From Klebsormidium nitens (lineage: Eukaryota > Plantae > Klebsormidiophyceae), in the NCBI GenBank assembly GCA_000708835.1, contig DF237431.1:1-64000 (forward strand): 64,000 nucleotides of DNA, read 5' to 3'. Both the position numbers and the translations under genes were made by a program. This document shows positions 46,527 to 58,500 of the stretch, piece by piece. The notes below the pieces were generated by a model. That model saw only the letters and a program-made list of their open reading frames with translations, was not told the DNA's origin and ran no database searches. Every line of letters begins with the position of its first letter. Position 1 is the stretch's first letter.

Positions 46527-49500
46527 ATGATTGACCTGACACAGGAAGACGTCGCGCTGGACGCATGCGATTCAAATCCTGGCAATAACAAAGCAACATC
46601 ACAAGGAAGCAAGGTTAGTCCTTTTCTTCAATTCAAAGCAAGTTTCCCGATCTGAAATTCTGCTTCCTGCAATCCGCCAGTCACCGAAGAACTTCCAGAC
46701 ATAGCGAGGTTCATACAAAACCATGCGTGCTGCCATTTGCTGCTACCACAATGTTTGTGAACAGAACCCTTCTTTGCTGCAATCAAGTTGCTACTTCCCA
46801 ATGTCATCTGGTACGTTTCCCCCTCTTCATGAGGACAGGCCCGGCAGAAGAGGTGTGGTTTGACTGCACCAAGTCCATTGAATCACTCAAATTAAGGAAG
46901 TGCATTTTGTTCATGTGAAAGTTACACTCTGTCTTTGGGAAGCATACCACCATTTTAAGTCAGCCATCGCGGTGGGGTTGGACCGTGGAATAGAGTCTGG
47001 TTCTGGGTCTTGCAGGAAGGAGCAAGCAGATGGAAGAAGCGGAAGGGTCCTTCAGCAGCAAGGGTAACCATCGACCTGGATTCAGAACCCCCCCGGCTTG
47101 ACACCGAATCCTTCTCCCTGGCGGCTGAACCGAAGGTTTCTAGGGCTTCAGCCGCACTCAAGTTGACGCCCAAGACGCCGGTCAAACCGGTGGCAAAACG
47201 CCGCAAAAGCAGCCCTCTCCAAGCACCAGTTGCTGCATTGCTCAGAAGCTGTAAAGCTGAACAGAAAGGAAGTGGGGAGGATGCAGATAGTCAGGCGGAG
47301 AGCACAAACGGTGGGGACACCGAGGGTCACGGGGCGGAGGGCGAGGATACAGATGCCGAATGTGAATCAACAGAACTAGCATCTGCGACATCCAAGGTGC
47401 CGCAACCCCCCTGCGAGACAGACATACCATCGAAGCTGCCGCCAGTAGCAAACCCACGCAGCATTTTGAAGCCAACCCCAAGCCCTGTCCAAGTAGAGGG
47501 AACGGCACATAGGCCGCAGGGTGAATGGCTGCAGAATGCAGAAAGAGGATTAAAGCAGGATCCAAGCAGGCCAAGTGCTTCGGATGCAGCAGGGACGTCG
47601 CCAGCAGATACATGCCGGCCACAGGGTCCTATGTTGAATCTGCAGAGAGCTCAGCAGCAAGCAGCCCCATTGTTCAATCCTCCCCAGTCACCAAGTGCAC
47701 TTTCAGCCCCTAAATCCATCCCAAGCACTTTCCAACCGCCGCCAAACATCTCTTTGGTCCAGAAAACTCCCCCTGAGTTGAATCGAGAGTGGGAGGCTTC
47801 TGGGGCTGCGGTGCGCGCGACTCCTGCAGCGATTCCCCCCAGCAGATCCAGTGTACTTGAGCCACACGCATACGGTCAGAAAGCCCCTCCGAGCGTTGCG
47901 GCAGTCCCTCCCTGGATGTCCACCGAAACCCCTCCCAGTCAACGAGGGCCGATCAAAGGTCCAGCAAGGACAGTCATTGAGCCAGTAGATGCGCGCAGTC
48001 CCCTAGAAACCACGATTAGGCAGAGCAAGCCACAGGCCGGAAGCGGACAGCCGAGGACTGCGACCACAAAGCCAATCAGTGATGATCTGAGCTGGCTGCC
48101 GGAGCCCGACTTCACGGAGCTAGACGCGCTGATCCTGGCGCACCAGGCGTCGAAAGAGACGTTCCGGCAGGAGGAGGAAAGGAGACGGCGAGTGGCGGAG
48201 CTTGAGAACGCCCAGGAGCGGACAGTAGCGGGAAGGGGCGGGAGAGGAGGTGTTGCTGCGGGTGTCAGTGGGAGAGGGGAAGCGATAGAGGGGCAAGGGA
48301 GGGGAGGCGGGGACAGGGAAGCTGACGCAGCAAACCAGCGGGCTTGGGAGACAGAGGAGCGGGGGGAGAGTATTGGGGAGCGGAGTGCCAAAAGGTGGGA
48401 CTCTTGGCAGGGGCGTGTGGGAAGAAACGGAAACGGGGTGAGCACTTCGTGGCAGGGTGAGGGACCGGTAGGTATAGAGCGGAGTGAGAGGGAGGGACGG
48501 CAAACGCGTGTCCTGCAAGCAAACCCTCTGCAAAGCGGTTTGGGGAAGGCGAGAGAGAACGTGCCGGCGGAAGCAGTCTGGCCGCCTGAGCCAGATTTTG
48601 GAGAAGCCACACCCAGAAAGAGAGAGGCAGGGGGGCGGTCAGCTAGAAAGAAGCAGAGGGTGGTGGAGAGTGACAGCGAATTGGAGGAGGAAGATGAGCT
48701 TCCCGCTTCCTGCAAGAGGGATCCCCAGGTTCCACTGGATCCTCCCAAGTCGGAGAGGAAGCCCACGCCTGCTCCTGTGACCAGACAGAGAGCGCCCGCC
48801 TCTGAAAAGAAAGCGGGTGCCAAGCTGACGCCCAAATCGTGCATCTTGGACAGCGACACGGATGATGACGTCAGCAATGACAGTGGCGGGTCCGAAAAGA
48901 AAGTTGGGAGCAAGGGGGCGGGTTCGGACAGTCCGGTGGCAAGTTTGAAGGGGAGGGTGCTTCGGACAGTGGGCAAGGGGTCTGGAAGGAAGCCTAAGCG
49001 ACTGGCTAAGGTGGGATCGGGTTATGGGGCGGGTTTCGAGACGGGTTTAGGGGAGGACCGAGTGGAGGAGGCGCTCGAGCGGCTGAGGCGCAAAGTGGCG
49101 GACGAGGGGCAGATCGTGCATGTGGAGTCGCAGCCAGCACAGTGAGTGGTATGGCTTTGGTGGTCCCCTTCAATTCTGCTTTGTACCTCTCGGCGGCTTG
49201 CTTTTATTTCTCAGTCTGAAAGGAAGGGAGAATTGACATCCGTCGGTTCAACAATTTTCTGGCAATTGGGCGCCGTTCAAATTCTTCACTTTTCCGTCCC
49301 TTCGTTGAAAGTGCGTCCGTTTCCAAGTACCTAGATTGAGTTCCAGAAAGTTCCCGAATGGAGCGAGACTTGGGAACCACTTGTACGTTAAATGTCTGAA
49401 ACTTACTCGTGCCCCTGTCGTCAACAGACCTGCCGTTCACCAAAAGTCCAAGTGGCCGCTACAGAAAAAGATCGAAGAAGCGTTGCTTGCAAGGTGAGGG

Positions 49501-52500
49501 GCAAGGCTGCAGCACCCGGCTCCGTTTGCTCTCCTCACGAAGCTGGTCGCAATCACGATTCGCAAGCAGCCGAGAACATGAGACTCTCCTCAGCAGTCCT
49601 AGAGCTGCTTAGCCATTCAGACAGCACGGGAGGAAGTCTGAATGCGGTTTTGAGCAAAGCATTCTCTCGGACAGCCAGTAGATCCGGCAGTTTGTATGCG
49701 GTTCGGAGCAGACCTTCTCTTCGGACAGCAGACAGGCACATCTACACCGCGCAAAGGCAGGAGACGAAATTGTTACCCTAGTCTACCTTTGAATAAGGCT
49801 GACAAATGTTGGTCTGCCACGTGGCAGGGGCGTCACCCAGCTGTACTCGCACCAGGCGGAGGCAATCACCCACGTGTTTGGCGGGAGTAGCTTGGTCGCA
49901 GCCACACCGACGGCAAGTGGAAAGAGTCTCACGTACTGCATCCCGGTGAGTCGACTTGTTCCTTCCAAGCTTCGAATCCTTCAGGGAAACGATTGCGGTA
50001 CTCGCTTCTATCATGAGAAGCATCATGAGCTGGGATATCGACTTATTTGGACCAGTTGGGCATACAGATCGACTACGGCGTCGAACAGAGGTGTACCCTT
50101 TTCTGCCTTCCCGTTGTGAACCGCAGCTTCGCAAGAGCCTGCAGAGGTCGCTGCTTTTCCAGATGCATCGCAAGGGGCCCCCTTGAAATTGACGATTGCC
50201 AACATCCTGCCAGAAGCGTTTCTCTACTGCTGATTGATTCTTCGCATGGCGACTGGGCACAGATCAAACGAATAGAGGCTGCTCTTCTACGTCGAAACGG
50301 GACTTTCTACATGTCGAAGAAGAAAAGCCTAGCTTTATCCGATTCTGCTGACGGTGCAGGTCCTTGACGCCATCCTGACCATCCCAAAATCTCGGGCTCT
50401 CCTCGTCTTCCCCACCAAGGTAAGGCTGGTAGAATGGTTTGATTGCAGAGGTTCCGGGCTCTGGGTGTCAGATCCGACCAATGCGATGCTCAGCAAGGGG
50501 ATTCGCCAAGCATGATGGAGACGTCTGCAATGGCGCTTCGCACTTGGGGATTTGGAATCTTGCTTATCCTTTGGAGCGCAGATTTTTCCTACTCGTGCCT
50601 TTCTGGAAGGCTTATCTTCCCGCAAGTTCCGGCTATTCAAAGTGCTTTCTTTTTCATTTCTTATTTTCTCGTTGAAGTCTTTTCCTTTCCCTTCTCTCGC
50701 GGGGGCCTGCCTTCCTATGATTCTGACAATTGTGAGACATCGCCATACATAGATGACTTTCTGCCTTTGACTTCCGCTTGCAGGCGCTTGCACGTGACCA
50801 GCTCAAAGCGATGCGGGAACTTGTGGCCATAGTCAAGCCGGGGGTCTCCTGCGAACTGTCAGTGTCCTTTGACTTTGTACATCGCTTGCTTTCACCCTTG
50901 TCTATTCTGTGCTGAGAAAATGGATGGTTCCCAGCCGTCAGCATTAGGCGCGATTGAAGAAATTCTCGAGCCTCCACGCATATTGTCAAATGTTGTGTTG
51001 GGATTGTACATCTTCAGAGATACAAAGGGAAGGCCGCTAGGGCACGGTGCATTGGAGACCGCAACTCTGGATTCGATTCCGCTTCTCTTCTTCCTCTGAC
51101 GAAAAGCAGACTCTGCAATCATGCGTCAAACAATGCGTAGGCTACTCTTGACAAAAATGTGCTACGTCGTCTGCCAGGTACGATGGAGACACGCTATTCG
51201 AAGATCGGAAGCAAATATGCAGAAAGGCGCAGGTTAGTTGCACCGAGCTTGTCTGACGTCCTCTGATGCTTGCTTTGCATAGCACCTTGCCTTTCTTTCT
51301 GAAGGGCCCCCAGTCCTACTCAGATCCACCGGGAACCTAGCGCTTGCGATTAACTTCTGACGAAAAGCTGGTGTATCCTACGGGAATCGAGCGCAGCTCT
51401 CCTGGATAGATGGCGCGACTTGCAATGCAATCTGGTTGAGACCTGGAAGAGGCGGAGCTCGCCATGACTTGCCGACTCACTATTCGTTCTCTTCGAAGCC
51501 GGCACGTTCAAGAGTTCAAGAAAGGGAAGCAAAGCCGCCGGGATTAGCTAACTCGCACTTTTCTCCGCTCTAGATCATCTTTACCAACCCCGACATGCTC
51601 CACCAGACGATTCTGCAGCGCCACACGGTGAGCGACGGTGCTCTTTCCTTCTCTACTTCCTTTTTTAATTGAAATGTTTTACCGACCGAAGCCTAGCGCA
51701 GCGAGGGGCGTCGAGAGAGCGGGTCACCGACAGGGACGCCAATAGCATTGGTCGGTCCGGTACCTTCGAGCGCTTGTTTCGCGGCCATGCAACATGCGAC
51801 GTCTCTACTCGACAAACGCCATGGCGTCTATTTGCTGCTGCCTACTTTTCGTGGAAGCTCCGTCATTTTTCGAAGCGCCCTGTTGCTGAGGTTGGAACCA
51901 GGAACGTGCTGCACGTGCAACTGCTCTCGTTCGGACCTTAAGCTGAACAATACATCAGCCGCAACGTCAGGCTCATAGGTTTGTTACACTTGGGCGTGAA
52001 CAGGGTCCGATCGAGACGACGAGCCCGATCAGGCTCAGGCAAATGCCATGTTGGTTACATTGACCATTTTTGGCAAGTGCCGGAGGCCCCGCTTTCGGTC
52101 GGGGGCTCGGGCAAACGTCGGGTCGGGTCGTAAAGTGGCCGACCCGAGGGGCATCGGGTTGTGTGCAACCCGACCAAGATTTCTTACAGGCTGAGGTCAA
52201 CCAGGGGTCCGACTCATAGGTCTCGGGCCGTTTTCAATCGCAAAATCTTAAGTGTAACAACCCTATCAATCCAAGCCCTCGATTCACTACAGCCTTTGAT
52301 TTACTGGCTACCTCGACCCTAACCTTGTGCTTAACCAAAGCTGTGACCCATTTGCAGTACTGGAAGGCCTTCTTCGCTAACTTGGCGTTCTGCGTCATCG
52401 ACGAGGCGCACCACTACAAGGGCGCCTTCGGCAGCCACGTGGTGAGCCGCCTGGAATATCATCCTCGTCCACTCCTCATCATGCTGTCCTTCCTTTTGCT

Positions 52501-55500
52501 GACCCAAATAAAACATGATCTACCAGTTGCGGCTTTTCGGTCGGTTATGATCTTCAGATCAGGTTTCCGTACGTCCAGTATTGGCTGTAGCTCTTTCACG
52601 CCCCCGCTCGACGAAGTGACCCCATTCATCTTGGTAGACGCCTGCAGTTATCGTCCGTGCTTAATGAGAAACGGCGCCTTGGTTGGCGCCCTCCTCCATT
52701 CCGGCCTACCTGCGTACACACCCGTTTCCTTACAGTGCGGTGTCGGCTTGAGCCTTTAAAGAGAGAGTGGAATCCACATCGACCAGACTTACCTTTTGAG
52801 GGACGGGCAAGTGGTCAGAAGTGTCTCAAAATGGTCGAGGCTCGCTAGCTTAATTCCTCACGCCGGTCCTCCGCAGGGCCTCGTGCTGCGGCGACTGCTC
52901 CGGGTTGCTCAACACTACGGAGGGACGCCCCAGTTCATCTGCTGCTCGGCCACTATCAACAATCCCGTGGTGCGCTTCTTTTGTTATTTTCCCTGTGACT
53001 TTTTGGATCATCTTTTCTTGCTGGCGTCCTCGTTTCCAGGGTCGGAGCAAATGTGGCGCCGTCTGCCTGTGTTTAAGATCCGTAATTGGAGGCTTACCGA
53101 TGCAATGCTTCTAAATCAGCTCGTTGAGTATCCCGGTCGATCTTCCCAGTTAAGTCAGGACAGCGGCACTCTTACAAAGATCCGTCGTTTGCCGCATCAG
53201 GACTCTAATTAATTCCAGTAATCAACATTCTTGAATCGCGGACGGCCAACTGCTAACAATACTCGCCCTTGTAATCCTTCGCAGACTTGACGAGGGTGAT
53301 TGAGAAACTCCACCGGTACCTTACCGACTCCGACTCCGACCTCTCGCGCTGCCTTTAAAAAAAATTGCTTCCGAGTTCCGAAAAAATGGCAACCCAATTC
53401 TCGAAAGTCTAAACTCATCTTAGATGATTATGATTAGATGATTAGTAGCATCATAGCTGACAGTACTTACTTAAATTCAGTTTAGAGATGAGCCAGAGAT
53501 GAGTGTAGTTGCAAAAAGTGAACCCTACTTTGGTAGTCTAGTGGTAGAGTAGCTTCTCGATTTCAAGGATCGAACTCGTGACATGTCTGTACGGGCACCC
53601 GTTAGGTCCATGACGAAAGCTACGGCCTTCTAAAAGAAGTAAGAATGAATCTTGAAATCTCCGAGAAAACCTCGTTGACCCTAGGTTTCGAATCCCCCAG
53701 GAGCACGTGTCCCGGCTGATCAGCAAGGTGGACACGCAGCTGGTGAAGGGCAGCGGCGCGCCCCTGGGCCCGCGCCACATCGTGCTCTGGCAGCCCGCGC
53801 TCGCCAAGGACGGCGACGGCAAGCGCAAGAGCGCCTACGTGGAGGCCGCCAAGATCACGGTGGGGTGCATATCCACTTAAGCTTCTGCTTCTGAACTGCA
53901 TTAAGGCTAAAGGCTGCGTGAACGTAGCTTCGATCCTCCGAGGAAGTTACGAACGCAGGCGCTCGTCGGAGGCCGCCAGAAAGCGTGGTGCGAATCACAG
54001 CAGGTCGACGCATTTGTAAACATGTGGATCCTTGCAAGAAACTTTCTCTCTCTTACTCTTCCTCCTTCCAGTAATATGTTCGATTGATTATCACGCTACT
54101 TCTACAGCAAGTTCCTGCTTCTCATTGCAGGCTGAACTTTGGTGAAGGCGGGTCTCCCGACGCTGGTATTGCCGCGCACAAGTTGACCGACAAATAGTCA
54201 TATGCGTTGTTCTTTCTCCTTCCGATCCTTTCCTTTATCGTTTGCAATGCCCTTATACCCAGTCTTCACTGTGTATGGCAGGCGGAGCTGGTGAAGGCGG
54301 GTCTCCAGACGCTAGTGTTTGTCGCCGTGCGGAAGCTGACCGACAATGTCTAAAAGCTTCCTTCTTAGTCTATCTCGTTCCACTTCTTTCCTTCATGTTT
54401 TTGCAAAGCCCTTATACCCAGTCTTTATCTTTGATCGCAGGCGGAGCTGGTGAAGGCGGGTCTCCAGACGCTAGTGTTTGTCGCCGCGCGCAAGCTGACC
54501 GAGATCGTGTGCAACACCGCTCGCGACATGCTGAAACAAGAGGTGAGACGGCGCTCCTCTTAGACGCGTTTCTGCTACTCAAATGCTTCTGCCTTCTGTT
54601 CGTGTTCGTGCTTCCGCGGATCACCTCTTGCTTGGGACTGCGCGCAGCTCTGACGACTCCTTATAACGATTATAGATGATGCTCCCTTTTGCAGACATTA
54701 CCTACCATTTTCACCTTTATGCTCAAGACCTGCTTAGATCCTCTTTTAGTAGCTAAGATTCCACTGTCACAAGACAAGCTTCTGTGTTGGTGTGTGCAGA
54801 ACCGGTTCGATCTGATCGACAAGGTCGAGAGCTACCGAGCAGGCTACACCCCCGAGGAGCGCCGCAGGCTCGAAAAGGTCGGCGACCGGTGGCGCCTCTC
54901 CTATACTCTTTTTTGTTCCAGACAAGAGTATTTGACGTACTTCAATACAACACATATCTCAGACTGCTGGAGACTGCTGAAGAAGTGCTTTCCTTCTCGC
55001 AAAATTTAAACGGTTGTGTTTTTAATGCATGAAGTCCTCAAAGCAATGATTGGTCAAGACAGTCAGATGCACCGACGCTGAATTCACCTCTCAAGTAGAG
55101 CGGTTGGCAACCCTTCTGAAAGTAGACAGAGCACCCCAGCCAAAGTGAAGGTGGTCATTGTCGCTTTGGTCGACGCGCAAGCAAGAGAAGGAGGGATAGT
55201 TATTAGTCCAATGTTGTGACGCTCCTCCCCTTCTTGCAGAGCCTAGCTAACGGCGACCTTCGAGCGCTCGTGTCCACCAACGCCCTGGAACTTGGGATTG
55301 ATGTAAGCCGCTGCCAGCCGTCAGAACTAATTCTTGCCGGCAGGATTTGTCTGCACTTCATTCCGTTGAGGTTTACTTGTTTTCAAGATATCCCTGTTGT
55401 TCAAACCGCCTTCTGTTCGCTAGGAGACATTGCAGAATCCCGAGCCACACTAGACCTGGACATCGACAGAAAAGGCACCAAGAGGCGCATTCCCCATACC

Positions 55501-58500
55501 GCACTCTCTGTCCAATTTCGCTTTGACCGCGAATTTAACAGATTCTCATCTTCTTTGGAAACATTGAGAATAAATGAAAGCACCATCTGGATTGCTTAAA
55601 CCATTCTGAAGGGTTCGGGTAGTTGACCGGCAGACCTTTTGCGGCAATTACGACAGTGTGCCTCTTTTCTGGGCGTTGAAGCGTGCTCCCACTTGTGACC
55701 CACATCCGAAAACCGCGCATGTTCTTCAGCTGTCACGCTAACCCTGGTGCTTAACCCTGTTCCGGACAGATTGGACAGCTGGACTGCACCGTCCACGTGG
55801 GCCTGCCGGACACGATGGCCAGCCTGTGGCAGCAGATCGGGCGCGCGGGGCGGCGCCAGACGGCGTCACTTGCCGTCATCATCGGGCAGCAGCGCCCGCT
55901 GGACCAGCACTACATGCGCCACCCCGACCAGGCGAGTGCTGACGTCAGCATATTTTTGGTGACGTCAGCTCGAATGTCCGGGACGTGTTTTGCAACCCAT
56001 TCTTTGGAATACTCGAGCAAGCAAAGTACTATCTGTACTACTCAATTCGCTGTGAACTTAGGCTCGCTCTCGCTTCCTTCTCTTTCCACAGCTCTTCTCG
56101 CGCGGCATCGAGGACGCACTGTGTGACCCGCTCAACCCGTACCTGCTCAGGATGCACCTGCCGTGCGCCGCCAACGAGCTGCCGCTCACAGGCAAGCGTC
56201 GACTTGTCTTTACGAATCTTTCTCAGCTTGAATTTGTGCCTTGATCCTCGTGCCATGTATGCTCTGTCTCATTGCGATCGCCGAGGTCTTTTGGAATCCC
56301 TCTGCGTGGACGAAGCATTTGCAGCGGACTAGATCCTCATAAGCTTTGAGAAGACGGCAAAGTTCTGCTTCGCGCCTTCCTGCGCTCGTCTTTTGTAAGA
56401 TCGAGTTGTTGACAGCAGCGGCTGGGTGGTTTTACAGACCAAAAGATGACTGCAGGCGAAGAGAGGTACTGTCTCTACCTCTGACTTCAATCCTCTCCAT
56501 TGAGGACAGATCAACGGAGAGAAGAGAAGTCAATCGAAATGCTGCGTTCAGGTCTGGTTGACATCTTTCTTTCAAGCTTCGCTGCCTTCCTCACGTGCAG
56601 AGGAGGACGAAGCGCTGTTTGGGTCCGACTTCGGACGCGTTCGTGACGAGCTTGTGGAGGCGTCCGAACTGCGGTACGTCCCGGGCCCGGACGGAGGCGA
56701 CCAGTACACGTACCGGTGGGACGACAATCCGGCCACGAAGTTCAATATCCGGGGGGCGGCACAAGATCCGTTCAAGGTGCGCAGTAGTGTATATTTTCCT
56801 TTCATCAGTTATGTCTCATGACTGCCTATTCTTGCCGCCTCTTGAGGGTTTTCCGAGTCAGACTTGGACCCAGATTCCAGTGGAACTTTGTCCTAGCTGC
56901 GCACCTTTTGCTATTTTGAGGGCGTCCTGTAAGGGGTTGGGAATGGACACGGGCTTTCGAGCTGCATTTTTCGACACCCTTTCTCTTAAGTACACGTGTT
57001 GCGGATGGCCCCCAAAGGTTACCCCTCTAGTGCCAGTTTTGGAAGTGCGTGCTGCCGTGTGTTGAATAGATGAGCCACAAAAGAAGGTTCGTTGCGAACT
57101 TTCAAAGGATCTGTTTACTTTTGTCCTGGAAAGGGATGACGAAATGGATGAAAGCACTGGAACTTTCCCACATACTACTCAACAAGGAGCACAAACAATC
57201 AAAACGACGAGAATGAGAATAAACCACGAAAGGAGGGACTTCGATTGCATATATAATCCTTTCTCTGACGCCTCAGGTGGAAGATGAGGACGGCCGGTTC
57301 ATCGAGGAGGTCGAGAAGGCGACCGCGTTCCGGCGGATCCACGAGGGGGCCATCTTTCTGCACCAGCGGGAGTCGTACCAGGTGAGCGGCTGCAACGGGT
57401 TTCTGCTGACTCATCCTGTTTAAGGTCACGTTATGATGGACCGAGCTTACAAACCAGAGCCGGTTTACTGTTGATCTGCCTGGTTAACGGGCACAAACTT
57501 TCGGATCAAGCCCACAAAGTGAAACGGTGGAGAATTAGCAGCAAAATAGTTGGTCAAGGGCACCAGCGGGAGTCTTTCGTACCAGGTGAGGATCAGCAAG
57601 GCGTTACTTTTGTTTTCGTCCTCGGAAACGGGCGCAGATTGGATCGGGACGATTCTATACACCGATTGCAACAGCCTACCTGCCTGTGATATGGGCGTCA
57701 GCGAATAATTTTGCGCGCTCCCTGCAGGTCCTCGAGCTAGACGTTGAGGGGCGGAAGGCAACCGTTCGAAGCTGTAGCCCCGAGTTCCTGACGGGTACGC
57801 ACTCTCAAGCCCCTCGTCAGAGCACTCTCTGCTGTCCATAATCTGCAATATCTGCAACCCACACGTCATTTGCAGACGCTTTTGGCATCAACTGCTCGCT
57901 CGGACAGACGGCCTTTTGGTAACAATCAGCATAACCTGCAGCGAGGTTTCGTTCGTCGCGACTAAGTGGTGCGTGGACGGACTCGCGACGTTTATATTCC
58001 TCTTAAGTAAGACCAGCCTCATGCTGTCAATGGGCACGGGTTTCGGAAGAGGACATGACGTGTGATACTCTCTTTCCGCAGAGGTGAAGGAGAAGATCTC
58101 CGTCAGGATCCTCGAGTCCCAGCAGTCCCGCAAGGCGTTGGCAGCTCAGCTGGAGTTTGGCACGGTGAGCGGGGCGACATCTCATTGTTGCTGTGAATCT
58201 TACGTATTCAACAGAGGATAGACTGCTGAGTTGAGCAACAATCGGTTTCTGTATCATAAACGTGCAAAGACCGAATCGACGACTGTCCCGAACGGTGGGC
58301 CTTTGAATTAGTTGTTGGCGTTGTTTGTAGCAGTCGTTGATGCGTAGCCATTCTAGACCAGGCGCTTGGCTGCTCTGGTAACGCTCCCTTAAGAGCTTCC
58401 GCGTGACCGTGCACGACGCTTTCCAACATCAGAAAAGCTCGCTTCTGAATCCCCACACTGTCCGAATAAGACTGAGTAAGCCTCATCCTCCGTCGCCCCT

